Positions 25,099 through 34,543 of a stretch of 46,975 bases of DNA are shown in pieces. The DNA comes from Anaerolineae bacterium (GTDB lineage Bacteria > Chloroflexota > Anaerolineae > CG2-30-64-16). Each line of letters opens with the position of its first letter. Position 1 is the stretch's first letter. The position numbers were made by a program, and so were the translations under genes. Where the stretch lies: contig JAPKMS010000142.1 of NCBI GenBank assembly GCA_026645775.1, forward strand, positions 1 to 46,975, read 5' to 3'. The notes beneath the pieces are model-generated. The model saw only the letters and a program-made list of their open reading frames with translations. It was not told the origin of the DNA and searched no databases.

Positions 25099-26220
25099 AT
25101 GTTGGATGAGACACAATTCCAATACATTCCGAAATATGTTCCGCGTGTTCGACACACCCTCGGCGCGGCGCCCGGCGTTGAGCATGACGAAATCGCTGCG
25201 CTGCCCAGCGGCCCCGAACGGGCGCGTGTGACCTGCATCGACTACAGCCCGGCCCACGTCCAAACCCAGGAGATCGATGACCTGGAGCCATTCCTCGGCA
25301 TCCATCGCCCCGAATGGTCGATCGTGCGCTGGATCAACGTCGACGGCCTGACCGATATGACGGTCATCCATGCCCTGGCCACCAAATACGAGCTGCATCC
25401 CCTGGCGGTCGAAGATTTGCTCTACGTACCGCAGCGGCCCAAGGTTGAGCCCTACGGCAGCGGCGAAGGTGAATTGCGCTCCCGCCTGTTTATCCTGGCG
25501 CGCACCCTGCAAACCGGAGAGGCCGGACTGCACAGCGAGCAAGTCTCCATGTTCCTGGGTCACAACACCATCCTGACGTTCCGGGAAGCCACCAACAATG
25601 CGTGGGAGCCGATCCGCCTGCGCCTCCAGGTCAAAAACACCCGTTTGCGCAACAGTGACGCCAGCTTTCTGATGTACTCGCTGCTCGATGCCATCATCGA
25701 CCGCTTTTATCCGATCCTTGAGTCGTACGGGGATCACATGGAGGAGCTCGAGGCCCTGATTCTGGAACGCTCACCGCGCGCCACCATCAATGAAATCAAC
25801 CAGATCAAACGCGATCTGCTCTTGATGCGCCGGGTGGCCTGGCCGATGCGCGAAGTCGTCTCGACCCTACAGCGTGAGCCCCACGAATGCCTGGGCGAGA
25901 CTACGCGCGTCTATCTCCGGGACCTCTACGACCACGTGGTTCAAATCATGGACATCATCGAGACCTACCGCGAGATGGCTGCCGACCTCACCGATGCCTA
26001 CATGTCATCGATCTCCAACCGCATGAACGAAATCATGAAGGCGCTGACCGTCATCAGCACCATCTTCATCCCCCTGACCTTCCTGGCCGGAGTCTACGGC
26101 ATGAATTTCCACCACTTCCCCGAACTGGACAAACCGTGGGCCTATCCGGTTTTTTGGATCGTCTGCGCCACCCTGGCAGGGGGCATGTTCGTGGTATTCC
26201 GCCGCCGGCGTTGGCTGTGA
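25099..26220 (+). CDS. corA: Magnesium/cobalt transporter CorA
   Basis: WINVDGL, LHPLAVED, QRPKVE, SNRMNEIMKALT, FLAGVYGMNF, PEL. RBS GGAGG. Confidence 0.93.
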   Translation: MLDETQFQYIPKYVPRVRHTLGAAPGVEHDEIAALPSGPERARVTCIDYSPAHVQTQEIDDLEPFLGIHRPEWSIVRWINVDGLTDMTVIHALATKYELHPLAVEDLLYVPQRPKVEPYGSGEGELRSRLFILARTLQTGEAGLHSEQVSMFLGHNTILTFREATNNAWEPIRLRLQVKNTRLRNSDASFLMYSLLDAIIDRFYPILESYGDHMEELEALILERSPRATINEINQIKRDLLLMRRVAWPMREVVSTLQREPHECLGETTRVYLRDLYDHVVQIMDIIETYREMAADLTDAYMSSISNRMNEIMKALTVISTIFIPLTFLAGVYGMNFHHFPELDKPWAYPVFWIVCATLAGGMFVVFRRRRWL

Positions 26221-26230
26221 GCTTCACAGA

Positions 26231-27265
26231 TCATACGAAGGACCGTGCGCCGACAAAGCTCTCCCGCAGATGCTCCACCGCACGCACATCGTCCTCGTGG
26301 ACACCGTTGCGCGAGCGCGAGGAATGGATGATGCGCCAGCCGCCCAGGCTCACACCGACGTGCGTGATCTTGCGGGCCCCTCCGTCGCCTTCCCCGAAAA
26401 AGAGCAGGTCGCCGGGCCGAAACGGCTCCTCAACCGGACGCCCTGCCGCGAACTGCTGATCGGCATCGCGCGGCAGGATGACGCCCACCAGGCGGTGCAG
26501 CAACTGCGCATACCCCGAACAGTCGATCCCCAGCGCCGTGCAGCCGCCCCAAAGGTACGGCACACCGACGAAGAGTGCCGCATCCGCCATGATCTGCTTG
26601 CGGCGGCCGGCTTCGTCCCTGGGCAATGCGGTCAGGGCGCGTAGGTCTGCCGCCGGGACCCAGCCGGTCAGCGGGGACCGCAGCGGGGCCTTCGGGTCGC
26701 CCGGCAGTGTGACGTAGGCCCACGCGCCCTTGATCTGGGCCGCGACCGTGGTGCCGCCCAGGATTCGCTGGGTGAAAGGCGCCTCAGCAATCGGCGCATC
26801 GCGGAGCAGCGCTTCGGTCACAGGGATGATGTATGTCGGCGCCGGCGCGGCCACCTCAGCCAGGTAGGGCCGGTAGGCCCACCCCAGATACCCATCGGCC
26901 TGCCGCACGAAACACCAGCGGCCTTCTTCCAGCAGCACTTCCACCGGCCAGCCGTTGAGGAGCTGACTCATCTGCTCGGCCAGGAACGAGGAGCCGGCAT
27001 AGAGCCCGGTCAGGTTGGTCGCCACGGTCAGCACCTGGGAGGCATCACCGCGCAGGATGTGCACGCGGTTCACATCAAACGTCAGGCCGGGCAGGCGCGC
27101 GCCCAGGCCGGCACGCACCCCCGCCAACGTCGTCGCATCCAGCACCACGCCCGCCAGTATGCACCGTGCGCCATCCAGCGCCACCGCGTCCAGCCGACAA
27201 TAGTGGATACGTGTGTCTCGGTAGGCCTGTGTGACCTCGGCCAGCGCCCGCAAAATCTCTTCCAT
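26231..27265 (-). CDS. NlpC/P60 (C40) peptidase with SH3b domains, YkfC-like
   Basis: GVPYLWGG, GIDCSG, LPRDADQQ, PGDLLFF, ITHVG, IIHS; SH3b motif DGYLGW. Confidence 0.88.
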   Translation of the reverse strand: MEEILRALAEVTQAYRDTRIHYCRLDAVALDGARCILAGVVLDATTLAGVRAGLGARLPGLTFDVNRVHILRGDASQVLTVATNLTGLYAGSSFLAEQMSQLLNGWPVEVLLEEGRWCFVRQADGYLGWAYRPYLAEVAAPAPTYIIPVTEALLRDAPIAEAPFTQRILGGTTVAAQIKGAWAYVTLPGDPKAPLRSPLTGWVPAADLRALTALPRDEAGRRKQIMADAALFVGVPYLWGGCTALGIDCSGYAQLLHRLVGVILPRDADQQFAAGRPVEEPFRPGDLLFFGEGDGGARKITHVGVSLGGWRIIHSSRSRNGVHEDDVRAVEHLRESFVGARSFV

Positions 27266-27290
27266 AGAACCTCTGCCTCCGTACCATCGA

Positions 27291-28340
27291 TCAGGATGCC
27301 AACACGCCCTCGAAAGCCCGAGCCATATTCCCCCAGCAGACCAGCTCCACTTGCCGCTCGGTGAGCCCGGCCGCGGCCAGGATTTCGGGGATCAACGGGT
27401 AGCTTTCTGCCCCGGTGAACCCAGCGGGCATAAAGCTGATGCCATCCAGGTCACCCCCCAGGCCGACGCACGCCTCGCCGCCAACGGCCATCGCATGGCG
27501 GACGTGCCGGGCGATCCAGTCCGGGTCCGGCAGCGGGATTGCACCGAGCTGAGGGCCGGCGGCCTCACGCAGCTTCTGCCGGGTCGCTGCATCGGCGCCC
27601 TTGATCGGCGCCATGATCGCGTCCCAGGCGGTCCGGTAGTCGGGCGCGAGGAAATCCGCCGCCAGGTTGATGCCCATCACGCCACCCCGATCGGCCAATG
27701 TACGGATTTGCGCGTCGGTCAGATTGCGCGGCGCGGGACACAGCGCCCGGCAGTTGGAATGGCTGGCAACGAAGCGTCCCTGCACGATCGCGCTGATCTG
27801 CTCGAACGCCGCATCGGAGGCGTGCGACATGTCCACCATCACACCCAGCTCCTGGCACAGCTCGACCAGCTTGACCCCCTCGGCAGTCAACCCCGCGCCC
27901 GAGCCGAAGGAAGTGCCGGAGAACGCGTTATCGTCCCACGCCGGGATCACCAGCCGCACGCCCAGGTCGTAAAAATACCGCAGATTATCGGCTTTCCCTT
28001 CGAGTGGATCCGCCCCTTCGAGGCCGATGATGGCGAGGAGATCCGGCCTGGCCGCGATCCGCCGCTCAGCCTCGCTCTGTTGTCTTCCCGCCACCCGCAT
28101 CCGGCCGTCCGAGGCCGCGGCCCAGCCGTGAACGGCTGCGATCGCCGCCTCAGCGTAGGCGCGCAGGTCGCGGCCGGGATAGTAGCTGGCCGGCGCAAAA
28201 ACCGCGAACAGTTGCGCACCGTATCCCGCGGCCAGCAGCCGCGGCAGATCCACGTGGGTTCGGCCGCATCCCGCGACAAAATCATAATCACCGTCATCGA
28301 AATGCATGGCGGCATCGCAGTGGGCGTCAAAAAATCGCAT
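27291..28340 (-). CDS. Membrane dipeptidase (peptidase M19) family protein
   Basis: DAHCD, LEGA, GLTAEG, VDMSH, ASHSN, RNLTD, GLGGDLDG. Confidence 0.88.
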   Translation of the reverse strand: MRFFDAHCDAAMHFDDGDYDFVAGCGRTHVDLPRLLAAGYGAQLFAVFAPASYYPGRDLRAYAEAAIAAVHGWAAASDGRMRVAGRQQSEAERRIAARPDLLAIIGLEGADPLEGKADNLRYFYDLGVRLVIPAWDDNAFSGTSFGSGAGLTAEGVKLVELCQELGVMVDMSHASDAAFEQISAIVQGRFVASHSNCRALCPAPRNLTDAQIRTLADRGGVMGINLAADFLAPDYRTAWDAIMAPIKGADAATRQKLREAAGPQLGAIPLPDPDWIARHVRHAMAVGGEACVGLGGDLDGISFMPAGFTGAESYPLIPEILAAAGLTERQVELVCWGNMARAFEGVLAS

Positions 28341-28348
28341 AGCTTTCC

Positions 28349-28373
28349 TCTGATTCGCTGATTCGCTGATTCA
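28349..28373. repeat. Octamer tandem repeat (CTGATTCG) in intergenic space
   Basis: CTGATTCG CTGATTCG CTGATTCA between the dipeptidase and CHR genes. Confidence 0.7.
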
Positions 28374-28376
28374 GTA

Positions 28377-28931
28377 TCACCGATAGATGAAATACCCCAG
28401 CCCCGCCGCACCCAGGATGACAAACACGGGATTGATCTTGGTGAAGGTCAGCAGGCCGAAGGCCACCAGCGCGATGGCTGCTTTGTCCCAACCCTGGGCC
28501 AGCGCCGCCCCCCAGCCCAGCTTCCTGGCGCCGAACACGCTGTTCGCCATATCATAGGCTGTCCAGATCAGCAGGCCAACAACCACCGGCCGCACCGCGG
28601 TCAACATGGCCTTCACCGCCGCGCTGTCCTTGATGCGGAAAAAGAAGAAGATCATCACCAGCATCAAAACGGTCGTCGGCAACACGGTGCCCGCGGCTGC
28701 GGCGATCGCGCCCGGCACCCCGGCCACTTGATAGCCCACGAACGCCGACACCTGCGGCGCGATGGGTCCGGGCAGCGCGTTGCCAACGGCCACACCATCC
28801 GCGAATTGATCCGACGTGACCCAACCGGCCGCGGTACACTCGCGCTGCATCAGCGCCAGTGACGCCGGCCCGCCGCCCCAGGAAAAAAGTGCAACCCGCG
28901 TGAACAACCAGAAGATCTGCCAGAGCACCAT
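28377..28931 (-). CDS. Short-chain chromate transporter (CHR) family protein
   Basis: FSWGGG, GWVT, LPGPIA, VGYQVAG, RPVVVGL, INP. RBS GGAGG before ATG 28931. Confidence 0.85.
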   Translation of the reverse strand: MVLWQIFWLFTRVALFSWGGGPASLALMQRECTAAGWVTSDQFADGVAVGNALPGPIAPQVSAFVGYQVAGVPGAIAAAAGTVLPTTVLMLVMIFFFFRIKDSAAVKAMLTAVRPVVVGLLIWTAYDMANSVFGARKLGWGAALAQGWDKAAIALVAFGLLTFTKINPVFVILGAAGLGYFIYR

Positions 28932-28939
28932 TGAACCTC

Positions 28940-29025
28940 CGTGTAACGTGGAGCGTGGAGCGTCGCCCCATCCCCGTGTCACCGCGTCCCCGCATCCCCG
29001 CGTCCCCGACACCCAATCCCCGCCC
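28940..29025. repeat. Heptamer/octamer tandem repeats (CGTGGAG; CCCCGCGT type)
   Basis: CGTGGAG x2 near 28948-28961. The CCCCGCGT/CCCCGTGT units are the reverse complement of the octamer at 19865 and overlap the epimerase stop. Confidence 0.7.
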
Positions 29026-30028
29026 GTTCCGGGATGCGCACCCGCGCGCCCGCGCCGAACGTGATGCCCGCGAACGGGTCGTTTGCAATCAGCAGCGGCG
29101 CGTCCAGGTCGAGCCAGTCGGCCAGGCCGGCCAGATGTGCCATCGCCGTGGCGCCGATCGAGGTCTCGATCATGCAGCCGAGCATAACCTTCAGCCCGAG
29201 CGCCTTGGCCCGCCGGAGCATCGCCACGCCCGGCCCCAGACCGCCCACCTTCTGGAGCTTGAGGTTGATGCCGCGCACGCCGGCCGCAGCCAGCGCCTCT
29301 ACGTCGGCCAGCGTCTGCACGGACTCATCGGCGACGATCGGCAGATCGGTGTGCGCCTGGACGTAGCCCATGCCCGCGATGTCGTGTTTGCCGACCGGTT
29401 GCTCGACCATCTCCAGGCCAAAGCCGGCGAGCTCACCGATCCGCACCACGGCTTCATCGGGCAGCCAGCCGGCGTTCGCGTCGACGCGCAAAATCGCATC
29501 GGGCCGCGCTGCGCGCACCGCCGCCAACCGCGCCGCGTCGTCGTCCGAGCCCAGCTTGATCTTCAGGATCGGGTAGCGGTCCGCCTCTGCGGCCAGCCGC
29601 GCCATCTCAGCGGGTTCGGCGATGGCGATGGTGAAAGAGGTAGGCAGGTCGACCGGCGCGGGGAGCCCCAGCAGCCGCCAGAGCGACACACTGCGCTGCC
29701 GGGCGATGCGATCGTGCAGCGCGAGGTCGAGCGCACAGCGAGCAGGCGCCGGGCCCGCTGCGCCGACCCACGCCGCGACCGCCGCCGGATCGTCGGGCAA
29801 GACAGGCTGCGCCGCTTGGCGATCCAGCATCTGCTTCCAATACGCGATCATCGCGTCATCGGAGATCCCGTAATACGGCGGGATCGCTGCCTCGCCCCAC
29901 CCCGCGTCGCCGGCCAGCCGGAGCCAAAACGACTGCCGCGTCTCGCTGACGCCGTAGGACAGGCGGAACGGGTTGCGGAGGTTAAGCGTGATCGGTTGCC
30001 AGGTAAACCAGGGTGAAGAAACCAACAT
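28979..30028 (-). CDS. L-Ala-D/L-Glu dipeptide epimerase (YkfB-like, enolase superfamily)
   Basis: GWGEA, TSFTI, LKIKLG, RVDAN, EQP, ADES, NLKLQKVGG, GCMIE and the epimerase-diagnostic DLD motif. Confidence 0.9.
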   Translation of the reverse strand: MLVSSPWFTWQPITLNLRNPFRLSYGVSETRQSFWLRLAGDAGWGEAAIPPYYGISDDAMIAYWKQMLDRQAAQPVLPDDPAAVAAWVGAAGPAPARCALDLALHDRIARQRSVSLWRLLGLPAPVDLPTSFTIAIAEPAEMARLAAEADRYPILKIKLGSDDDAARLAAVRAARPDAILRVDANAGWLPDEAVVRIGELAGFGLEMVEQPVGKHDIAGMGYVQAHTDLPIVADESVQTLADVEALAAAGVRGINLKLQKVGGLGPGVAMLRRAKALGLKVMLGCMIETSIGATAMAHLAGLADWLDLDAPLLIANDPFAGITFGAGARVRIPERAGIGCRGRGDAGTR

Positions 30029-30100
30029 GGGACTGCCATTCCTCTTGTGAGATTCACGAACTGGGAGATTGTGGCGCAGATAGAGCATCCTGTCAAAAAA

Positions 30101-30469
30101 CTACGCCGCGGTCGGCGCCAACTCGCGGAACAGGAACCATGCGCCCTTGCGCTGGCTTGAGCCCTTTGGCGCGCGGTCGTAGTAGAGGTCAAAGATCGGC
30201 CCGGCGTCGGTGCGAACACGGAAATATGCGCGCCCCACACCCCAGGAGCCGCGCACCGCGGCCGCCTCAGCGTGATCGGGGCGCATGTTACCCGCCATGC
30301 GGCCGCGGCGCGCATAATCGTGCCACTCGTTCAACAGCTCGGCCACCCGATAGGTCTCGCCACGCCAGAGGAACGCATCGGGACACGGCGGGCGCTTCTC
30401 GAACACCGGCGCGGCCGCAAAACGGACTTCGATCGGTTCGTCAATAAATCGCAGGGGAGATAATTCCAT
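30101..30469 (-). CDS. DUF6504-like small beta protein
   Basis: DEPIEV, PDAFLWRGETYRV, W...YFRVRT...FDLYYD...WFL. The extended -10 TGCTATAAT (30489-30497) favours ATG 30469. Confidence 0.7.
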   Translation of the reverse strand: MELSPLRFIDEPIEVRFAAAPVFEKRPPCPDAFLWRGETYRVAELLNEWHDYARRGRMAGNMRPDHAEAAAVRGSWGVGRAYFRVRTDAGPIFDLYYDRAPKGSSQRKGAWFLFRELAPTAA

Positions 30470-30607
30470 CTCGTTCACCTTGACGCCCATTATAGCACGA
30501 AGGTCGTACGGGGAAGAGAACGCGATGAGGAGCAAGCCGTGAAATAGAAAAGGGTGGCGGCTGTTATGCAAGCCACCACCCCGTCACCAATTGAAATCGG
30601 TAGGCGA

Positions 30608-33145
30608 TCAAGCCGGTGTCTGGGGCGTGTGTGCGTCCCTGGCCCGCACCCGAAGCATCTGGCGCCGACGGCGAGCCAGCCACACACCGCCCAGGCCCAG
30701 GATGCCGCCCGCCAGCAGCAGGCCGGGGAACAAGGTTGCGTCCCCCCGGGCAGTGAAGCCAGCCAGATGCACGGCTGTCGGGCCGACACTCGAGCCGACC
30801 GCCCAATCCGAGAAGCCGGTGATGTTTGTGCGTGTCACCGTCGAGGTTGTGCTGGTCGTGTTCGCGCCGTTATCGCAGTCCCACCCAGAGCCGCCCAGGC
30901 CGCCCGGATACCGGCAGACGCGTGGGCTGGGCAGGTTGCTGTGCGGCAGCGCCAGCGTCACCTGGTAGCCGCTGGCCGCTCCGCCGCCGCTGGCTGTGCC
31001 GTTGATCGTCCAGTAGCGGCCGGTCTGGATGCCGGTCGTGGCGTTGGGATGATTCGCATCGGTGCGCGTCACCGTAATGCAGTCCAGCGTGCCCACGGTG
31101 ACAACCGTGATCGCGACCGTATTGACGGTCGTGAAGTTGTAGGTGTTGCCCGCCGTGAACCCACACTTCGTCTCACTGATCGCCTGGACGATGGTCGTGG
31201 GATCATTGGCGGTATCGTTGCCGGTATTGGACTCGCCGCCGCCCGACACAGTCGCCGTGTTGGTGACGCTCGGCCCGGCGTTAGCCGCGACGTTCACCGT
31301 CAACGTGAGATCGTTGTAACTGGCGCCCGCGCCCAACGCATCGCTGCGCGTGCAGGTCAGCGTCGCCAGGGTGCAGCTCCAGCCCGTGCCGCCGAGCGCC
31401 GTGGCGGTCAGGCCGGCAGGCAATGTGTCGACCACACTGACGGCGCCGCTGGTTGCCGCGGTGCCACTGTTCGTGGCCCGGATCGTGTAGGTGGCGCCGG
31501 TCTGGCCCTGGGTGAAGTTGCCGGCGTGCGTCTTGGTGATCGTGAGGTCGGGCGCAGTGACCGTAATAGTCGCCGTGATCTTCTGGCCGTCGGCGGTCGC
31601 ATCCGCGCTGCCCGCACCCGGCGTCGTGCCGGCGTTATAGGTCGCGCTGGCCTGGCCGCCGGTGAACTGCGTGCTGGCTCCCGTAAGTGTGCCGAGAACC
31701 GCGTTGCTGAACACTGTGCCGGCGGGCACGGGGAACGCGGCCAGGTTGGTCAAGCTGCTGGCAGCGATGGCCCCGCCGGAGTTGCGCCCTAGCAGATCGG
31801 CGGCCAGGGCCGACGTGCCGTTGATGAGGATCGTCGTTGGGCTGGCGGCGTGGCGAAGCTGAAGCCAACGGGTGACGGTGGCGCCGGCGTTGGTGTTGGG
31901 CGCGACGGGACAGCCCGTGCCGGTCGCGCCAGGCCCATCGTTGCAGCCCCACCAGTTGTCTTCGGCGGTCAGCGTGCCGGCCGAGCGCGACACGCCGCTG
32001 CCGGAAGGGGCCGTGTTACCGACGATCCGGCTGAAACTGACGTTGAGCACTGCGCTGGCGTTGCTGTCGTTACGAATGCCGCCGCCCGCGGTGGTCGCGC
32101 TGTTGTTGAAGAACGTCACGTTGGTCAGCGTGGTCGTGCCGGGGGCGTTGTTGAACAGCCCGCCGCCGTATCGGCCCGAGCTGTTGCCGCTGAACACCGT
32201 GCCTTGGTCAATGGTCAGCGCATCGGTGGTGTAGATGCCGCCGCCGTCGCTGGGCGCCTGGTTGTTCGAGATGGTCCCGCCGTGGATCGCCGATCCGGCG
32301 GGCGAGGCATCTCCGAAGTAGAAGATGCCGCCGCCCTGGCCCTGCCCCGCAGACCCCATCACCGAATTGCCGGTAATGTTGGTATTGGTGAGGACGAACT
32401 TCATGTTGACGCCAAAGAAGATCCCGCCGCCGACGGGTGAGCTTGCTCCGACGCGCCCCGGGTGGTTGTTGGCGATCGTGCTGTTGGTGATGGTCACCAG
32501 GCCGTTGCCGGCTGTGCTGTTAGTTGCCGCGAGCCCGCCCCCATCCCCATCCGTGGTCGAGTTATCGGTGACGATGCAGTCCGTGAGGGTCAGGTTGCCG
32601 GTCCCGGAAGCCTCGAAATCCAGGCCGCCGCCGAAACCATCTCCTAAATAGCCGCTGGGGTTCTTGCCGTAGCGGATCGTCATGCCGCTGAAGGAAACGT
32701 TCAGCGGCGTGCCGAAGTTCGGGTTGACCGAGAAGACCTTGTCAATGCCGCTCCCCGCGCTGGCGCCGGCCTGGATGATCGTGCTGCCCGACCCCGCGCC
32801 GACCAGGCTCATGCTCTGCAAGATGTCGAGGTCGCCGGTGGCGGCCGCGTTCTCGTTGGCTCCGGCGATGGACAGGGTGTAGGTGCCGGCCGGGATGGTG
32901 ATGGTGTGCGGCCCCGCGCTGGCGTTCGCCGCCACGATGGCCTCCCGCAGGCTGCAATCCGCGTTGCAGGTCCCGTCGTTGGTATCGGCGGTCTTGGTGA
33001 CGGTGAACGAGGCCGCCGACGCGCGCTGGACGGGCAGAACCATTAGCCCAAGCACCAACAGGAGCGCCCAGGCGCCGAAAACCAGGCGTTTGCCGACGCC
33101 AGACCAGCCGGTCTGGCGTGCTGAATGGGGCGAGTGAGTTTCCAT
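30608..33145 (-). CDS. CSLREA-domain surface protein with beta-helix repeats, Ig-like and DUF11 domains, and PTAV-TM-RRRR C-terminus
   Basis: Signal peptide; VTKTADTNDGTCNADCSLREAI; repeated GGGI/N turns; DLTITKTH...VVDTLPAGLT...NDTAND (DUF11); GPTAVHLAGF, hydrophobic helix, RRRR. RBS AGGAGA. Confidence 0.88.
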   Translation of the reverse strand: METHSPHSARQTGWSGVGKRLVFGAWALLLVLGLMVLPVQRASAASFTVTKTADTNDGTCNADCSLREAIVAANASAGPHTITIPAGTYTLSIAGANENAAATGDLDILQSMSLVGAGSGSTIIQAGASAGSGIDKVFSVNPNFGTPLNVSFSGMTIRYGKNPSGYLGDGFGGGLDFEASGTGNLTLTDCIVTDNSTTDGDGGGLAATNSTAGNGLVTITNSTIANNHPGRVGASSPVGGGIFFGVNMKFVLTNTNITGNSVMGSAGQGQGGGIFYFGDASPAGSAIHGGTISNNQAPSDGGGIYTTDALTIDQGTVFSGNSSGRYGGGLFNNAPGTTTLTNVTFFNNSATTAGGGIRNDSNASAVLNVSFSRIVGNTAPSGSGVSRSAGTLTAEDNWWGCNDGPGATGTGCPVAPNTNAGATVTRWLQLRHAASPTTILINGTSALAADLLGRNSGGAIAASSLTNLAAFPVPAGTVFSNAVLGTLTGASTQFTGGQASATYNAGTTPGAGSADATADGQKITATITVTAPDLTITKTHAGNFTQGQTGATYTIRATNSGTAATSGAVSVVDTLPAGLTATALGGTGWSCTLATLTCTRSDALGAGASYNDLTLTVNVAANAGPSVTNTATVSGGGESNTGNDTANDPTTIVQAISETKCGFTAGNTYNFTTVNTVAITVVTVGTLDCITVTRTDANHPNATTGIQTGRYWTINGTASGGGAASGYQVTLALPHSNLPSPRVCRYPGGLGGSGWDCDNGANTTSTTSTVTRTNITGFSDWAVGSSVGPTAVHLAGFTARGDATLFPGLLLAGGILGLGGVWLARRRRQMLRVRARDAHTPQTPA

Positions 33146-33210
33146 GGCGTTTTCTCCTGGACGAATTCGTTGGCATCTCGCGATCCGATGCTGCGCGATT
33201 AACATGTCCA

Positions 33211-33305
33211 GTGGGACAGGTTGGCGGCCTGTCCCACATCAGTGGGTATCTTCTCAAAAATCCGGGGGCAACGTGCCTGGCACTTCCGCCAAGTACCAGG
33301 CACGT
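33211..33305. repeat. Two REP-like palindromes
   Basis: GTGGGACAGG/CCTGTCCCAC (33211-33237) and ACGTGCCTGGCACTT/AAGTACCAGGCACGT (33271-33305). Confidence 0.7.
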
Positions 33306-33338
33306 AATTGCAAGCCCCCTAAAAATAGAGAGGACACA

Positions 33339-33867
33339 TCAGTTGCGCGACGGGAAGACACCTTGCAGCGCGATGATGAAACTGACACCCAGATAGGGTG
33401 AACGGTTGTTGTGCGGTTGGCTGCCCCCGGTCGGGGCCAACGCCTGCGGGCTGAGCGCAGCGCCCGGATTTGAATTGGCTGCGTAGGCAGCGCGGGCGGC
33501 CGCGGCCGCCCGCGCCCCAGGTTGCGCCCGCCGGGCTCATCTGCCCGCTCGCCGACGCGTCCGCTTGCGGCTGGTGCGCATGGGCCGGCATCTCGCTCGC
33601 GATCAACGTGACGGTTGTGTTGCCGCCGATTTCTCCCAAGTCGCGCGAGGTCAGGCCGGGACCCTGGCCCAGATGCATCGGCGAACGATTCTGCAAATCG
33701 GGCAGGGCGAAGGTGGTCTGGCCGTTGCCCCCGTACGTCGTCCCAAGGAGCGAGAAGAGGGCCGTATTCTGGGCGATTGACAGGATTTGACCGTTGCAGA
33801 ACGCCCAGCCCCTGGGCGCAAAGTTGCCAGCGAACATCCGGATCTCACCGACAAATGGATCGGACAT
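33339..33867 (-). pseudogene. Tail-collar domain protein 3 (microcystin-dependent protein-like), frameshifted near 33492
   Basis: MSDPFVGEIRMFAGNFAPRGW...LPDLQNR...MPAHAH. The conserved C-terminus GGSQPHNNRSPYLGVSFIIALQGVFPSRN* is in another frame; span 529 nt = 3n+1. Confidence 0.8.
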
Positions 33868-34003
33868 GGTACTCTCCTTTATGTGCCACACTGGGCGGTC
33901 GGAAACCGCTGCAACCTTTGCCAGGTCAGCCTACGCTGACCGATCCTGACCGACAAAGGTCGGCTTTGCACAGGTTGCAACGACCTCGGTCGCCCGCCGC
34001 AGC

Positions 34004-34504
34004 CTAATTCCGCGAGGGGAAGATCCCCTGCAGTGCAATCACGAAGTTGACCACGAGATAGGGCTGCTGGTTGGTATGCGGCTGGCTGCCGCCGGCCGTA
34101 CTGACCGACGCCGGGTTCAGCGCGGTATCCGGTGCGCTGTTGCTGAATGGGTTACTGGACGCCGCCGCCCAAACGTTGTCGGCCGGGGATGCGGCGCTCG
34201 CATCGGCAGCGTCGCCCTTCACCGCATGGGTGTGCGCGGGCATCTCGGAGCTGCTCAGCGTGTGGTTCTCTTCGCCGCCGGTCTGGCCCAGTTGAATCTC
34301 GCTGCCGGGGTGGGCAGGGCTGCGCCCGCGCAGATCGGGCAGCGCAAAGGTCGTCTGACCATTGCCACCGTAGGTCGTGCCCAGGAGCGAGAAGAGCGCC
34401 TGGTTCTGGTTGATCGGCAACAACTGGCCGTTGCAAAGCGCCCAACCCTTCGGCGCATAGGTAAAAGCAACCATTCTGATTTCGGCGAGGAACGGAGTGG
34501 CCAT
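34004..34504 (-). CDS. Tail-collar domain protein 2
   Basis: PFLAEIR, APKGWALCNGQLL, LFSLLGTTYGGNG, FALPDLRGR, MPAHTH, IALQGIFPSRN. Confidence 0.9.
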   Translation of the reverse strand: MATPFLAEIRMVAFTYAPKGWALCNGQLLPINQNQALFSLLGTTYGGNGQTTFALPDLRGRSPAHPGSEIQLGQTGGEENHTLSSSEMPAHTHAVKGDAADASAASPADNVWAAASSNPFSNSAPDTALNPASVSTAGGSQPHTNQQPYLVVNFVIALQGIFPSRN

Positions 34505-34543
34505 GATTTCCTCCTGAAGATGGCGCAACGCCTGGCTGCGGCG

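Noticed and set aside
28931-29012. N-terminal extension of the CHR gene (MSGTRGCGDAV...)
   Set aside because: It is translated tandem-repeat DNA overlapping the epimerase end. A GGAGG RBS supports ATG 28931.
33319-33891. ORF-track 190-aa protein as an intact gene
   Set aside because: Its C-terminus (RCLRSQF...) is out of frame relative to the conserved tail-collar ending, so it is treated as frameshifted.
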